Shown: piece after piece, positions 35,993 through 45,241 of the stretch
Layout: the number at the start of each line of letters is the position of its first letter
How positions within the stretch are numbered: position 1 is the stretch's first letter
DNA from: Eubacteriales bacterium
GTDB taxonomy: Bacteria; Bacillota; Clostridia; Lachnospirales; Lachnospiraceae
NCBI GenBank assembly: GCA_030527715.1
Contig: JAUNAF010000003.1
Span: 1,641-65,640 of the forward strand
Reading direction: 5' to 3'
Length of the DNA: 64,000 bases
Notes under the pieces: generated by a model
Told to the model about the DNA's origin: nothing
What the model saw: the letters and a program-made list of their open reading frames with translations, nothing else
The model's database searches: none
Translations under genes and position numbers: made by a program

Positions 35993-36010
35993 GGAGTTCA
36001 TCTGTAAAAA

Positions 36011-36059
36011 AGCTGCCGCTCATATCAATGATAATGATATAAGAGCGACAGCTTATTTT
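36011..36059. terminator. Bidirectional terminator between the convergent hydrolase and metallopeptidase genes
   Basis: AGCTGCCGCTC..GAGCGACAGCT stem flanked by AAAAAA upstream and TATTTT downstream. Confidence 0.65.
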
Positions 36060-36071
36060 GCATATTCATGA

Positions 36072-36096
36072 CAATAGAATGTTCGCAGATCGCGAA
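36072..36096 (+). repeat. Truncated copy of the repeat-family hairpin arm
   Basis: CAATAGAATGTTCGC is identical to 21171-21185, after which the sequences diverge. Confidence 0.45.
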
Positions 36097-36122
36097 TGTC
36101 AGCTTTAGAACGGAAAGACCGC

Positions 36123-36812
36123 TCAGCGTCTGCGGCGGTTTCCGCCCTGTGTGATCAAAATCAGGCGCAGCAGCTGAAGGATCGATGAGAACAGCGCTGC
36201 TACGTAGGTCAGGGCAGCGGCGCGAAGGACCTTCTCAGCACCGGTCATCTCATTTCCAACGAGGATCTGATGATCTCTGAGAATGCGCAGAGCTCTTGAG
36301 GAAGCATTGAACTCCACCGGAAGAGTGATCAGCTGAAAGAGAACGACGAAGGTGAAGAGGATCACGCCTGCCTGAGCCAGACCGTTTACTCCGAGCAGGA
36401 TACCGATCAGGATCAGCGGCCAGGAAAGTCTGGAACCGAAGTTTGCGATCGGAACGGAAGCGGAGCGGAGAGCCAGCGGCTTGTACTCCTCCTGGTGCTG
36501 GATGGCATGTCCGCACTCATGGGCGGCAACACCGATCGCTGCGACAGAAGTGGATCCGTACACCGTATCGGAGAGGCGAAGTACCTTCTCCTTCGGAGAG
36601 TAATGATCTGTGAGAGATCCTTTGATGCGCTCAATGCGGACATCATAGATTCCGGCACTGTGCAGGATCATCTCTGCGACCGCCTCCGAAGTCAGGTGTC
36701 TGGCATTGGAGACCTTACGAAATCTGGAGTAGGTGCGGTTGACATTGGCTGAGGCGATCGCGCTGATGACGGCGCCGATCAGAACAAGGATATAAGTGGC
36801 ATCCCAGTACAT
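36123..36812 (-). CDS. Membrane zinc metallopeptidase (Zn_peptidase_2 / YpfJ-unrelated neutral peptidase family)
   Basis: Start at 36812 (MYWDATYILVLIG..) after AGGAG. HExxH in AAHECGHAIQH, plus TM segments at both ends. Confidence 0.8.
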   Translation of the reverse strand: MYWDATYILVLIGAVISAIASANVNRTYSRFRKVSNARHLTSEAVAEMILHSAGIYDVRIERIKGSLTDHYSPKEKVLRLSDTVYGSTSVAAIGVAAHECGHAIQHQEEYKPLALRSASVPIANFGSRLSWPLILIGILLGVNGLAQAGVILFTFVVLFQLITLPVEFNASSRALRILRDHQILVGNEMTGAEKVLRAAALTYVAALFSSILQLLRLILITQGGNRRRR

Positions 36813-36880
36813 AAAAAACTCCTTTCTGCAAGTTTCCCCCGCTGTTGACAACGGGGGAGTCTGCTTTAAATGATGAAATT

Positions 36881-37648
36881 TTACTGGTTAAGCTGATACA
36901 GCTTAAGAAGTCCGAAGAGCAGCAGAGTATCATCCGTGATGATCTCATGCAGACAGTGTCTGGTGATCGCCGGGGCAAGACCGCCGGTGGCGACGACCGT
37001 TGTTTTTTTGCCGAGCTCCTGTTCGATGCGGTCGATCATTCCGTCAATGCAGGAAGCATTTCCGTAGACAGCGCCGCTTTGCATGCTGGCAATGGTATTT
37101 TTCCCGAGTACATGTGCGGGAGCCTCAAGAGCGATCCTCGGAAGCTGGGCAGCTGCACTGGACAGAGAGTCCATGGCGGTGCGCACTCCCGGAAGGATGA
37201 TGGTTCCGAGATAATTATGCTGCTCGTCGATCGCCGAAAATGTGGTAGCTGTGCCGAGATCGATCATGATCAGAGGCAGCGGATAGCGGTGGATGGCAGC
37301 GACGGCACCGACGATCAGATCACTTCCGACCAGTGCCGGCTGATCCATGCAGAGATTCAGCCCGGTGCGTATGCCGGGACCGACGATCAGAGGTGCAGCT
37401 CCGGTCAGACGGCGGATGGCATTGCTCATGCTTTCCGTCACCGGAGGTACTACAGAAGAGAGCACAGATCCGCAGATCTGTGCTCCTTTCAGGTGATAAA
37501 GCTTTAAAAGCTGATGGAGCCTCACCAGATAGTCGGCGGCAGAGCGCTGACGATTGGTGGAAAGGCGTTCCAGGAAGAGCAGCTGCTCATTTTCGTCGAA
37601 GCAGCCGATCACTACATTTGTATTTCCAATATCAACAGTTAAAATCAT
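36881..37648 (-). CDS. coaX: Type III pantothenate kinase
   Basis: 255 aa with MILTVDIGNTNVVIG and an ASKHA fold. Typical CoaX. Confidence 0.93.
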   Translation of the reverse strand: MILTVDIGNTNVVIGCFDENEQLLFLERLSTNRQRSAADYLVRLHQLLKLYHLKGAQICGSVLSSVVPPVTESMSNAIRRLTGAAPLIVGPGIRTGLNLCMDQPALVGSDLIVGAVAAIHRYPLPLIMIDLGTATTFSAIDEQHNYLGTIILPGVRTAMDSLSSAAAQLPRIALEAPAHVLGKNTIASMQSGAVYGNASCIDGMIDRIEQELGKKTTVVATGGLAPAITRHCLHEIITDDTLLLFGLLKLYQLNQ

Positions 37649-37658
37649 TCTTTTCTCC

Positions 37659-38264
37659 CTATGGGATCAGGTGTGCTCTGGAAAGTGCGGCACCGACAGC
37701 TCCGGTGATGATCGTAGAAGAGATCATCTCGCAGACAGCGTTGACACCGACAAAGGCACAGATAAAGACAATGATGTTTCTTCCGTTTATGAGACTCTGT
37801 ACATATTCTGTGCTGCCGAAAAGTGCAACCAGAAGCGTCATAAAGAACAGAGTGTTCAGAAAAGCGGAACAGAAACCGGTAATCAGGCAGCCGACATGCA
37901 CGCCGAAAACTTTTCTGGTACCCTTAAAGATATATCCGAGAAGAAAACCGTCGAGCAGACGCGGGATAAATCTCTGGATGAAGGCAAGTACCGGATTGAT
38001 CGAAAACAGGGTAGCACCCATGGCGCTGGTACCGCCGACACCGATACACTGCAGAAAACTGGTGAGTCCGAAGACGGCTCCGGCAATAGCTCCTCCCTTT
38101 GGTCCGAGTGCGATCGCACAGATCGCTACCGGTATCACGTTGAAGGTGATCGCCAGCGGTCCGATGTTCAGGTAACCGAGTGGTGTGTACGCCATCAGGA
38201 GAAGTACTCCCGTCATGAGACCGAGGATGGCAAGCTGCGTGGCTTTGGTTTGATGTCTTTCCAT
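37659..38264 (-). CDS. ECF transporter S component, probably pantothenate-specific (PanT-like)
   Basis: Start at 38264 after AGGAGGACAA. 201 aa with about 6 TM segments. It lies directly upstream of coaX with a 10-nt gap. Confidence 0.7.
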   Translation of the reverse strand: MERHQTKATQLAILGLMTGVLLLMAYTPLGYLNIGPLAITFNVIPVAICAIALGPKGGAIAGAVFGLTSFLQCIGVGGTSAMGATLFSINPVLAFIQRFIPRLLDGFLLGYIFKGTRKVFGVHVGCLITGFCSAFLNTLFFMTLLVALFGSTEYVQSLINGRNIIVFICAFVGVNAVCEMISSTIITGAVGAALSRAHLIP

Positions 38265-38412
38265 ATTAAATTGTCCTCCTTCGCTATTATTCCCTCTTAA
38301 GTCAGGGATACAATGCGTTTGCTGATACCGATTTTCCGATATCGCCAAGGTAAAGTATAGCATGTGGGGGCATGGGTTACAAGAAAAAAGGAAAAAGTTT
38401 CTTTTTGAGTGA

Positions 38413-38441
38413 TTGCAGGACAGAAAACTTTGCTATATAAT
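38413..38441 (+). promoter_or_regulatory. Candidate promoter of the L,D-transpeptidase gene
   Basis: TTGCAG (38413-38418), 17 nt spacer, TATAAT (38436-38441). Confidence 0.5.
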
Positions 38442-38508
38442 GAGTCGGGAGTACGTTCACAAATAAGGTTACAGTTTTTTCAGGAAAGTTTTTATGAAGG
38501 AGTAAATT

Positions 38509-40227
38509 GTGGAAGAGGGTAGAAGAAGGAGGCGCAGAGAGGCGCAGCCTCAGAAGCAGTCGATAGAGAGAAAACAGCTGCTGGCAAAGGCACAGAAACA
38601 GGTGCAGAAGCAGATGCAGAAACAGCAGAGTAAAGCTGCACAGAGACAGCAGAACAAGGCAGCAGTGCCGAAGCCGGCAAAAGCTGCGCAGACAAAGCAG
38701 GCGCAGGCAAGACAGAACCGGCAGACAGCAGCACAGCAGAATGCAGTGCAGCAGAACGGCCGCGTGAGAAGACGCCAGGTGGAGCAGCAGACACAGATGC
38801 TGCGCAGACAGCAGTCAGACAGACTATACGGCATTCTGAAAAAGGCAGGAATTGCAGCGGGCGTGGTACTTGCGGCAATTTATGTCGGAATCTCCATTTA
38901 TTACAGCGGTCACTTTATGAAGGGCTCCTATATGAACGGAGTGGACATCTCAGGCATGACTGCAGAGGAAGCGAAGGAACAGGCGAGAGAGCAGATGGCT
39001 GCTTACACCCTGACCATACATGCAAGAGAGCTGGGAGACGAGGTGATAGGCGGCAGTTCGATCGACTACGTATATCAGGAAAATGACAATGTATCAAAGC
39101 AGCTCTCATCCCAGCTGTCATTTTTGTGGATCTTCCGTTCGCTTTTCCCGGGAAATCATCCGGTGGAGATCGATACATCCTATGATAATGCACTTCTGTC
39201 GCAGAGACTGCAGACCTTATCCGCATTCAGCGAGGAGAGTCAGAGAGCGCCGGTGGATGCACATATCGAGTTTGGAAAAGAAGGCTTTGAAGTGGTTCCG
39301 GAGGATGAGGGAACGACTCTGAAGGCAGATGAGGCGATTCAGCTGATCAGAGAAGCACTGGATCTCGGACTGAGAGAGGTGGATCTCGATGAGAGCGGCG
39401 TCTATGAGACAGTGACGGTTCGTCAGGATGATCCGTCCCTGATGGAAAAGATCAAACCGTACACAGAATACGCAAATGCCAGTGTCACCTATCTGATGGG
39501 TAATGAGCGCGTCGTGCTTGACGGCAATACGCTGAAAGACTGGCTGACCGTCGATGCAGACGGAAATCTCACCAGAGATGATGAGGTATTCAAGCAGAAG
39601 CTGCAGACCTATGTAGAAGTGTTTGCATCAAAATACGATACGATCGATACTTATCGCACCATGACCAGTACCAATGGCGAGCGAAAGACCGCTTACGCCT
39701 ATGAGTACGGATGGCAGGTGGACCAGGAGGCAGAACTTGCCCAGCTGACCGAGGAGATCCTGGGAGGCAAATTTGTGGAGCGTGAGCCGAACTATTCCAG
39801 CACGGCACACGGTCACGGAGAAAATGACCTCGGTAATTCCTATATTGAAGTAGATCTCGGATATCAGCATATGTATTATTACATGGATGGACAGATGGTA
39901 TTTGAGAGTGCCTTTATTTCCGGAAAACCGGACGGAGAGCATGATACCCACGTCGGTATCTTCAAGATCCACAATATGGAGAGCCCGTCTGTGCTGACCG
40001 GTGAGATGAGAACCGACGGTACGCCGGAGTATCAGACCACGGTACAGTACTGGATCGCCTTCGACGGAGGCATCGGCTTCCACGATGCGACCTGGCAGAC
40101 CATGGGCTTTGGCGGAGACCTCTATCTGAGTGTCGGTTCCCACGGCTGTATCAATCTGCCGCTGGATGCCGCTGCAGAGCTCTACAGCATTATCCGCTGG
40201 GAGGATCCTGTAGTAGTAATACAGTGA
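38509..40227 (+). CDS. L,D-transpeptidase (YkuD domain) with a long low-complexity cytoplasmic tail
   Basis: 572 aa with a GTG start after GAAGGAG. K/Q/A-rich residues 1-100, one TM helix (IAAGVVLAAIYVGISIYY), and a C-terminal YkuD active site GSHGCINLP. Confidence 0.85.
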   Translation: MEEGRRRRRREAQPQKQSIERKQLLAKAQKQVQKQMQKQQSKAAQRQQNKAAVPKPAKAAQTKQAQARQNRQTAAQQNAVQQNGRVRRRQVEQQTQMLRRQQSDRLYGILKKAGIAAGVVLAAIYVGISIYYSGHFMKGSYMNGVDISGMTAEEAKEQAREQMAAYTLTIHARELGDEVIGGSSIDYVYQENDNVSKQLSSQLSFLWIFRSLFPGNHPVEIDTSYDNALLSQRLQTLSAFSEESQRAPVDAHIEFGKEGFEVVPEDEGTTLKADEAIQLIREALDLGLREVDLDESGVYETVTVRQDDPSLMEKIKPYTEYANASVTYLMGNERVVLDGNTLKDWLTVDADGNLTRDDEVFKQKLQTYVEVFASKYDTIDTYRTMTSTNGERKTAYAYEYGWQVDQEAELAQLTEEILGGKFVEREPNYSSTAHGHGENDLGNSYIEVDLGYQHMYYYMDGQMVFESAFISGKPDGEHDTHVGIFKIHNMESPSVLTGEMRTDGTPEYQTTVQYWIAFDGGIGFHDATWQTMGFGGDLYLSVGSHGCINLPLDAAAELYSIIRWEDPVVVIQ

Positions 40228-40266
40228 TCATGAAAGAATAGTTTTAAAGTTTTGGAGGAATAATAC

Positions 40267-41853
40267 GTGACCGATATCACAAACGAAATAAAGAAACGCC
40301 GTACCTTTGCAATTATTTCACATCCGGATGCCGGTAAGACGACTCTGACAGAGAAGTTTCTTCTCTACGGAGGAGCAATCAATCTGGCCGGATCCGTCAA
40401 AGGAAAGGCAACGGCGCGCCACGCAGTGTCCGACTGGATGGAGATCGAGAAGGAGAGAGGTATCTCTGTAACCTCCTCCGTGCTGCAGTTCAATTATGAC
40501 GGCTTCTGCATCAACATCCTGGACACCCCGGGACATCAGGACTTCTCGGAGGATACCTACCGTACCCTGATGGCAGCAGATTCCGCAGTCATGGTCATTG
40601 ACGCAAGCAAGGGAGTAGAGGCACAGACCAGAAAGCTGTTTAAGGTCTGCGTTATGCGCCATATTCCGATCTTTACCTTTATCAACAAGATGGACCGTGA
40701 TGCAAATGATACCTTTGAGCTCCTCGATGACATCGAGAAGGAGCTGGGCATTGCAACCTGCCCGATCAACTGGCCGATCGGCTCCGGTAAGAATTTTAAG
40801 GGTGTCTACGAGCGAGGAAGCCGCAAGGTGACTGTGTTCACCGGCACCGAGAAGGGTACCAAAGAGGGTGAAGCCAGAGAAATTTCCGTGGATTCCGAGG
40901 AGCTGCAGGACTTTGTCGGCGAGGACCACATGGCACAGCTGCTCGACGAGATCGAGCTTCTGGACGGTGCAAGCGCAGAGTTTGACCAGGAGCTGGTCAG
41001 CAAGGGAGAGCTTTCTCCGGTATTCTTCGGTTCTGCACTGACCAACTTCGGTGTCGAGATCTTCCTGAAGCATTTCCTGAAGATGACCTCCACTCCGCTG
41101 CCTCGTACTGCGGACTGCGGCGTGATCGATCCGATGAAGGAGGATTTCTCAGCCTTTGTATTTAAGATCCAGGCAAACATGAACAAGGCGCACCGTGACC
41201 GTATCGCCTTCATGCGTATCTGTTCCGGTAAGTTTGATGCCGGCATGGAAGTTTACCATGTACAGGGAGATAAAAAGCAGCGTCTGTCACAGCCGCAGCA
41301 GATGATGGCGCAGGAGCGTCACATTGTGGACGAGGCCTATGCGGGAGATATCATCGGAGTCTTTGATCCGGGTATCTATTCGATCGGAGATACGATCTGC
41401 ATGCCGGGCAAAAACTTCCGCTATGAGGGTATTCCGACCTTCGCACCGGAGCATTTCGCAAGGGTAAGACAGGTCGATACGATGAAGCGTAAGCAGTTCG
41501 TCAAGGGAATCACACAGATCGCGCAGGAAGGTGCGATCCAGATCTTCCAGGAGTACAATACCGGACTGGAGGAGATCATTGTCGGCGTAGTCGGCGTGCT
41601 GCAGTTTGAGGTGCTGAAGTACCGTCTGGAGAATGAGTACAACGTAGATATCCGTATGGAGAATCTTCCGTATGAGCATATCCGCTGGATCGAAAATGAG
41701 GAACTGGATCTGAACAGCCTGGTCGGCACCTCAGATATGAAGAAGATCCGTGATCTGAAGGGAAATCCGCTGCTGATCTGGGTAAATTCCTGGAGCATCG
41801 GCATGACACTGGATCGAAATCCGGGTCTGAAGCTGGCGGAGTTCGGAAGATAG
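40267..41853 (+). CDS. prfC: Peptide chain release factor 3
   Basis: 528 aa with a GTG start. GTPase motifs RRTFAIISHPDAGKTTLTEK and DTPGHQDF. Confidence 0.96.
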   Translation: MTDITNEIKKRRTFAIISHPDAGKTTLTEKFLLYGGAINLAGSVKGKATARHAVSDWMEIEKERGISVTSSVLQFNYDGFCINILDTPGHQDFSEDTYRTLMAADSAVMVIDASKGVEAQTRKLFKVCVMRHIPIFTFINKMDRDANDTFELLDDIEKELGIATCPINWPIGSGKNFKGVYERGSRKVTVFTGTEKGTKEGEAREISVDSEELQDFVGEDHMAQLLDEIELLDGASAEFDQELVSKGELSPVFFGSALTNFGVEIFLKHFLKMTSTPLPRTADCGVIDPMKEDFSAFVFKIQANMNKAHRDRIAFMRICSGKFDAGMEVYHVQGDKKQRLSQPQQMMAQERHIVDEAYAGDIIGVFDPGIYSIGDTICMPGKNFRYEGIPTFAPEHFARVRQVDTMKRKQFVKGITQIAQEGAIQIFQEYNTGLEEIIVGVVGVLQFEVLKYRLENEYNVDIRMENLPYEHIRWIENEELDLNSLVGTSDMKKIRDLKGNPLLIWVNSWSIGMTLDRNPGLKLAEFGR

Positions 41854-41869
41854 GACGAACTAATTCCGG

Positions 41870-41898
41870 TTTACAAAAAAATGAAAATTTGCTATACT
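41870..41898 (+). promoter_or_regulatory. Candidate promoter of the asp23-nusB operon
   Basis: TTTACA (41870-41875), 17 nt spacer, TATACT (41893-41898). Confidence 0.5.
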
Positions 41899-41938
41899 AA
41901 ACAGAATAGACGATAACCTGCGTCAGGAGGACATGGAT

Positions 41939-42325
41939 ATGGCAAAAGAAGAAATCAACAACAATAATTATACAGTTGCAAGCACCGACGGCATGAAGGT
42001 TCAGATCTCCAAGGAGGTCGTTACGATCATTGCAGGTCTGGCTGCTACGGAAGTGAAGGGTGTCACCAGCATGGCAGGCAATATCACCAATGAGCTGGTA
42101 GGCAGACTCGGCATGAAAAACCTTGCAAAAGGTGTGCGCATTTCTGTGGAAGAGGACCGTGTGACAGTGGACCTGAATCTGAATCTTGACTACGGCTATT
42201 CCATCCCGAAGACCTGCCAGAAGGTTCAGGAAAAGGTGAAGAGTTCGATTGAGAATATGACCGGACTGACGGTGGAGAGCGTTAATATTAAGATTGCAAA
42301 TGTGACAATGGAAGACGAAAAGTAG
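41939..42325 (+). CDS. Asp23/Gls24-family envelope stress protein
   Basis: 128 aa from the ATG at 41939. The ATG at 41933 is too close to AGGAGG. VVTIIAGLAATEVKGV and the family-typical size and position before nusB support the call. Confidence 0.85.
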   Translation: MAKEEINNNNYTVASTDGMKVQISKEVVTIIAGLAATEVKGVTSMAGNITNELVGRLGMKNLAKGVRISVEEDRVTVDLNLNLDYGYSIPKTCQKVQEKVKSSIENMTGLTVESVNIKIANVTMEDEK

Positions 42326-42398
42326 GGAGCGGACTGTCTCAAGAGTGTGATCTTTTGGGGCAGTTTTTTCTTTGAATAAAATAATTGAGGAAGATGAG

Positions 42399-42887
42399 AT
42401 GACAAGAAGAGAAATCAGAGAGCATATTTTCAAATTACTGTTTTTACTTGAGTTTTACCGCGGTGAGGAGCTGACAGAGCAGGCTGAGCGCTATCTGGAC
42501 GAGGTCGAGGAGGTCACTCCGACCGAGGAAGAGAATGCCTACATGCTCGGCAAATTCCACAAGATCGAGGAGCATCTGGAGGAGATCGATGAGATGATCT
42601 CAGAGGTTTCCGCAGGATGGAAGCTTTCCCGCATGGCAAAGGTGGATCTTACCCTGCTGCGTCTGGCAGCTTATGAGATGAAGCTGGACGAGGATATCCC
42701 GGTCGGCGTAGCGATCAACGAGGCCGTAGAACTTGCGAAAAAGTACGGCGGAGATGAGTCACCGGCATTCGTAAACGGAGTTCTGGGCAAGCTCAGCAGA
42801 AAAGAACTGAAAGCTGAGAAGGCCGAGGAAAAGAAAACCGAAGAAGCAGCGGAAAAGGCAGAGGAAAAGACAGAAGAGAATGCGTAA
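42399..42887 (+). CDS. nusB: Transcription antitermination factor NusB with a charged C-terminal extension
   Basis: [15 protein letters not shown].. and [27 protein letters not shown]. The tail is [25 protein letters not shown]. Confidence 0.92.
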   Translation: MTRREIREHIFKLLFLLEFYRGEELTEQAERYLDEVEEVTPTEEENAYMLGKFHKIEEHLEEIDEMISEVSAGWKLSRMAKVDLTLLRLAAYEMKLDEDIPVGVAINEAVELAKKYGGDESPAFVNGVLGKLSRKELKAEKAEEKKTEEAAEKAEEKTEENA

Positions 42888-44097
42888 TGTGTATTCGGTA
42901 GGGCAGGTAAACCGCTACATTCAGACGATGTTCACACAGGATTATCTGCTGAAGCGCCTGTATGTCAAGGGAGAGCTGTCGAATGTAAAGTATCACAGCT
43001 CCGGACATATCTACTTCTCACTGAAGGATGAGAGCGGAAGCATTGCCTGTGTTATGTTTGCGGGAAACCGCAGAGGACTGGCTTTCCGCATGCAGGACGG
43101 ACAGAGCGTGATCGTTCTCGGCAGTGTCAGTGTCTATGAGCGCGACGGAAAATATCAGCTGTATGCAAATGAGATACGGCTGGACGGTCTTGGACTGCTC
43201 TATGAAAAATATGAGGCATTAAAGAAAGAGCTCGAGGAGATGGGGATGTTTGCCGAGGAATACAAGCAGCAGATTCCGACCCATATCCGAAAGCTCGGGA
43301 TCGTGACCGCATCGACCGGTGCGGCGATCCGCGATATCATGAACGTCGCACATCGGAGAAATCCGTATGTGCAGCTGATCCTCTATCCCGCGCAGGTGCA
43401 GGGCGAGGGTGCCGCGCAGAGTGTCGTGCGCGGAATCGAGACCCTGGATAAGGCAGGCGTGGATACGATCATCATCGGACGCGGCGGAGGCTCCATTGAG
43501 GATCTCTGGGCCTTCAACGAGGAGATCGTGGCGAGGGCGGTATTTGAATGCCGCACACCGGTGATCTCGGCAGTCGGCCATGAGACGGATTTTACGATCG
43601 CGGATTTTGTGGCGGATCTTCGCGCACCGACACCGTCGGCAGCGGCAGAGCTTGCCGTCGAGGATATTTCAGCCGTGCTGCAGGAGCTGAAGGAAGGCGA
43701 ACAGAAGCTGGGATATCTGATGCAGCAGCATCTGTCTCAGGCACATCAGAGAGCAGATTATCTCGGAAAGCGGCTGCAGGGACAGAGTCCGATGCAGCAG
43801 CTGCGAGAGAACAGACAGCGTCTGATAGAGAAGGAAGACCGTCTGCAGCTGCAGATGCAGCGGCAGATCCAGGAGAAGCGTCACAGACTGCAGATCCTGA
43901 TCGAGCAGTATAGGGGGCTGTCCCCGTTGGAAAAGCTGAATCAGGGCTACAGCTACACGGCCGACGAAGAAGGAAGGGCTGTGTACAGTGTCGCCGATGT
44001 TCAGGAGAAGGATGAACTGAAGGTCTATGTATCGGACGGGATCATCCGTGCGGAGGTGAAGTCCACAGAGACAGGCATCGCTGCACTGCAGAAATAA
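42880..44097 (+). CDS. xseA: Exodeoxyribonuclease VII large subunit
   Basis: 405 aa with an OB-fold N-terminus ([22 protein letters not shown]) and [14 protein letters not shown]. Confidence 0.95.
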   Translation: MRNVYSVGQVNRYIQTMFTQDYLLKRLYVKGELSNVKYHSSGHIYFSLKDESGSIACVMFAGNRRGLAFRMQDGQSVIVLGSVSVYERDGKYQLYANEIRLDGLGLLYEKYEALKKELEEMGMFAEEYKQQIPTHIRKLGIVTASTGAAIRDIMNVAHRRNPYVQLILYPAQVQGEGAAQSVVRGIETLDKAGVDTIIIGRGGGSIEDLWAFNEEIVARAVFECRTPVISAVGHETDFTIADFVADLRAPTPSAAAELAVEDISAVLQELKEGEQKLGYLMQQHLSQAHQRADYLGKRLQGQSPMQQLRENRQRLIEKEDRLQLQMQRQIQEKRHRLQILIEQYRGLSPLEKLNQGYSYTADEEGRAVYSVADVQEKDELKVYVSDGIIRAEVKSTETGIAALQK

Positions 44098-44144
44098 TAT
44101 TCAGAAATGACAGAGAAATCGCAGAAGAGGATATACAGATAAGA

Positions 44145-44354
44145 ATGAAGGAAAAGGAACTGACCCTGGAGGAGGGTTTTGCACAGCTGGAGGAGCTGAT
44201 CAAGGTGCTTGAAAACCGTGAGACGACGCTCGAACAGTCCTTTGAGACATATCGTCAGGGGATGGAACTGCTGAAAAAGTGCAATGCTCTGATCGACCGG
44301 GTGGAAAAAAAGATGCAGGTGATCAGTGAGGAAGGTGAATTAAGTGACTTTTGA
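44145..44354 (+). CDS. xseB: Exodeoxyribonuclease VII small subunit
   Basis: 69 aa with LEEGFAQLEELIKVLE..LEQSFETYRQGMELLKKC. Confidence 0.92.
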   Translation: MKEKELTLEEGFAQLEELIKVLENRETTLEQSFETYRQGMELLKKCNALIDRVEKKMQVISEEGELSDF

Positions 44355-45231
44355 GGAAACACTGGCAGAGGCTGCCGGGGAAGTACAGGAGATCGTATAC
44401 CGTTTTCTGCCGGAGGAGACCGGCACACAGAAAGAGCTGCTCAGCGCGATGAACTACAGCATGACTGCGGGGGGAAAGCGTCTTCGCCCGATGCTGATGC
44501 TGGAGACCTACCGCCTGTTCGGAGGGACCTCTGAGAGCATCTATCCGTTTATGGCGGCGATCGAGATGATCCATACACATTCACTGATCCATGACGATCT
44601 TCCGGCGATGGATAATGACGAGTATCGCAGAGGACGCAAGACAACACATATTGTCTACGGAGAAGCGATGGCGATTCTGGCAGGTGACGGCCTGCTGAAT
44701 CTGGCATATGAGACAGCCTGCAGAGCATTTGCGGTGGAGCAGGATGCGCTGCGGGTGGGAAAGGCACTTCAGGTACTTTCCGCAAAGACAGGAATCAGCG
44801 GTATGATGGGAGGACAGTCTGTGGACGTTGCCTCCTGCGGCTGCAACCTCAGCGAGGAGCAGCTGGACTTCATCTACCGACTGAAGACGGGAGCCCTGAT
44901 CGAGGCTTCCATGAAGATCGGTGCAATTCTTGCCGGAGCTTCCGATGAGGAGGCTGCCGTGGTCGAGCGTGTGGCTGCGGATGTCGGCATGGCATTTCAG
45001 ATCCAGGATGACATCCTGGATGTGACGAGCTCCCAGCAGGTGCTCGGAAAGCCGATCAACAGTGATGAAAAGAACCATAAGACGACCTTCGTGACCATGA
45101 AGGGACTGGAAAACGCAAAAAAAGAGGTCGCAGCAATTTCTGAACGGGCGATCGACACCCTGGACGGACTGAACAGAAAGAACCCGTTTTTGCGTGAGCT
45201 CATTTTTTCACTGATTACCAGAAAAAAATAA
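44344..45231 (+). CDS. ispA: Farnesyl/geranylgeranyl diphosphate synthase (polyprenyl synthetase family)
   Basis: 295 aa with the first DDxxD in LIHDDLPAMDNDEYRRG and the second in FQIQDDILD. Confidence 0.93.
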   Translation: MTFEETLAEAAGEVQEIVYRFLPEETGTQKELLSAMNYSMTAGGKRLRPMLMLETYRLFGGTSESIYPFMAAIEMIHTHSLIHDDLPAMDNDEYRRGRKTTHIVYGEAMAILAGDGLLNLAYETACRAFAVEQDALRVGKALQVLSAKTGISGMMGGQSVDVASCGCNLSEEQLDFIYRLKTGALIEASMKIGAILAGASDEEAAVVERVAADVGMAFQIQDDILDVTSSQQVLGKPINSDEKNHKTTFVTMKGLENAKKEVAAISERAIDTLDGLNRKNPFLRELIFSLITRKK

Positions 45232-45241
45232 GAGGGCTGTT

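Noticed and set aside
36845-38300. ORFs on the + strand (220, 280 and 248 aa) opposite coaX and the ECF S-component gene.
   Set aside because: The minus-strand genes have unambiguous motifs (DIGNTN for CoaX, six TM helices for the S component). The plus-strand products are Arg/Ser-rich and lack any RBS.
40267-41853. prfC lies in the same window as yjjI/yjjW, echoing the E. coli neighbourhood (prfC..yjjW-yjjI-deo).
   Set aside because: The genes are more than 10 kb apart here and separated by unrelated operons on both strands. This is most likely coincidence rather than conserved synteny.
42793-42887. The Lys/Glu-rich C-terminal extension of NusB, considered as a possible separate small ORF or frameshift.
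   Set aside because: It is continuous in frame with nusB and ends in an overlap with the xseA start. It is a simple charged tail with no evidence of a separate gene.
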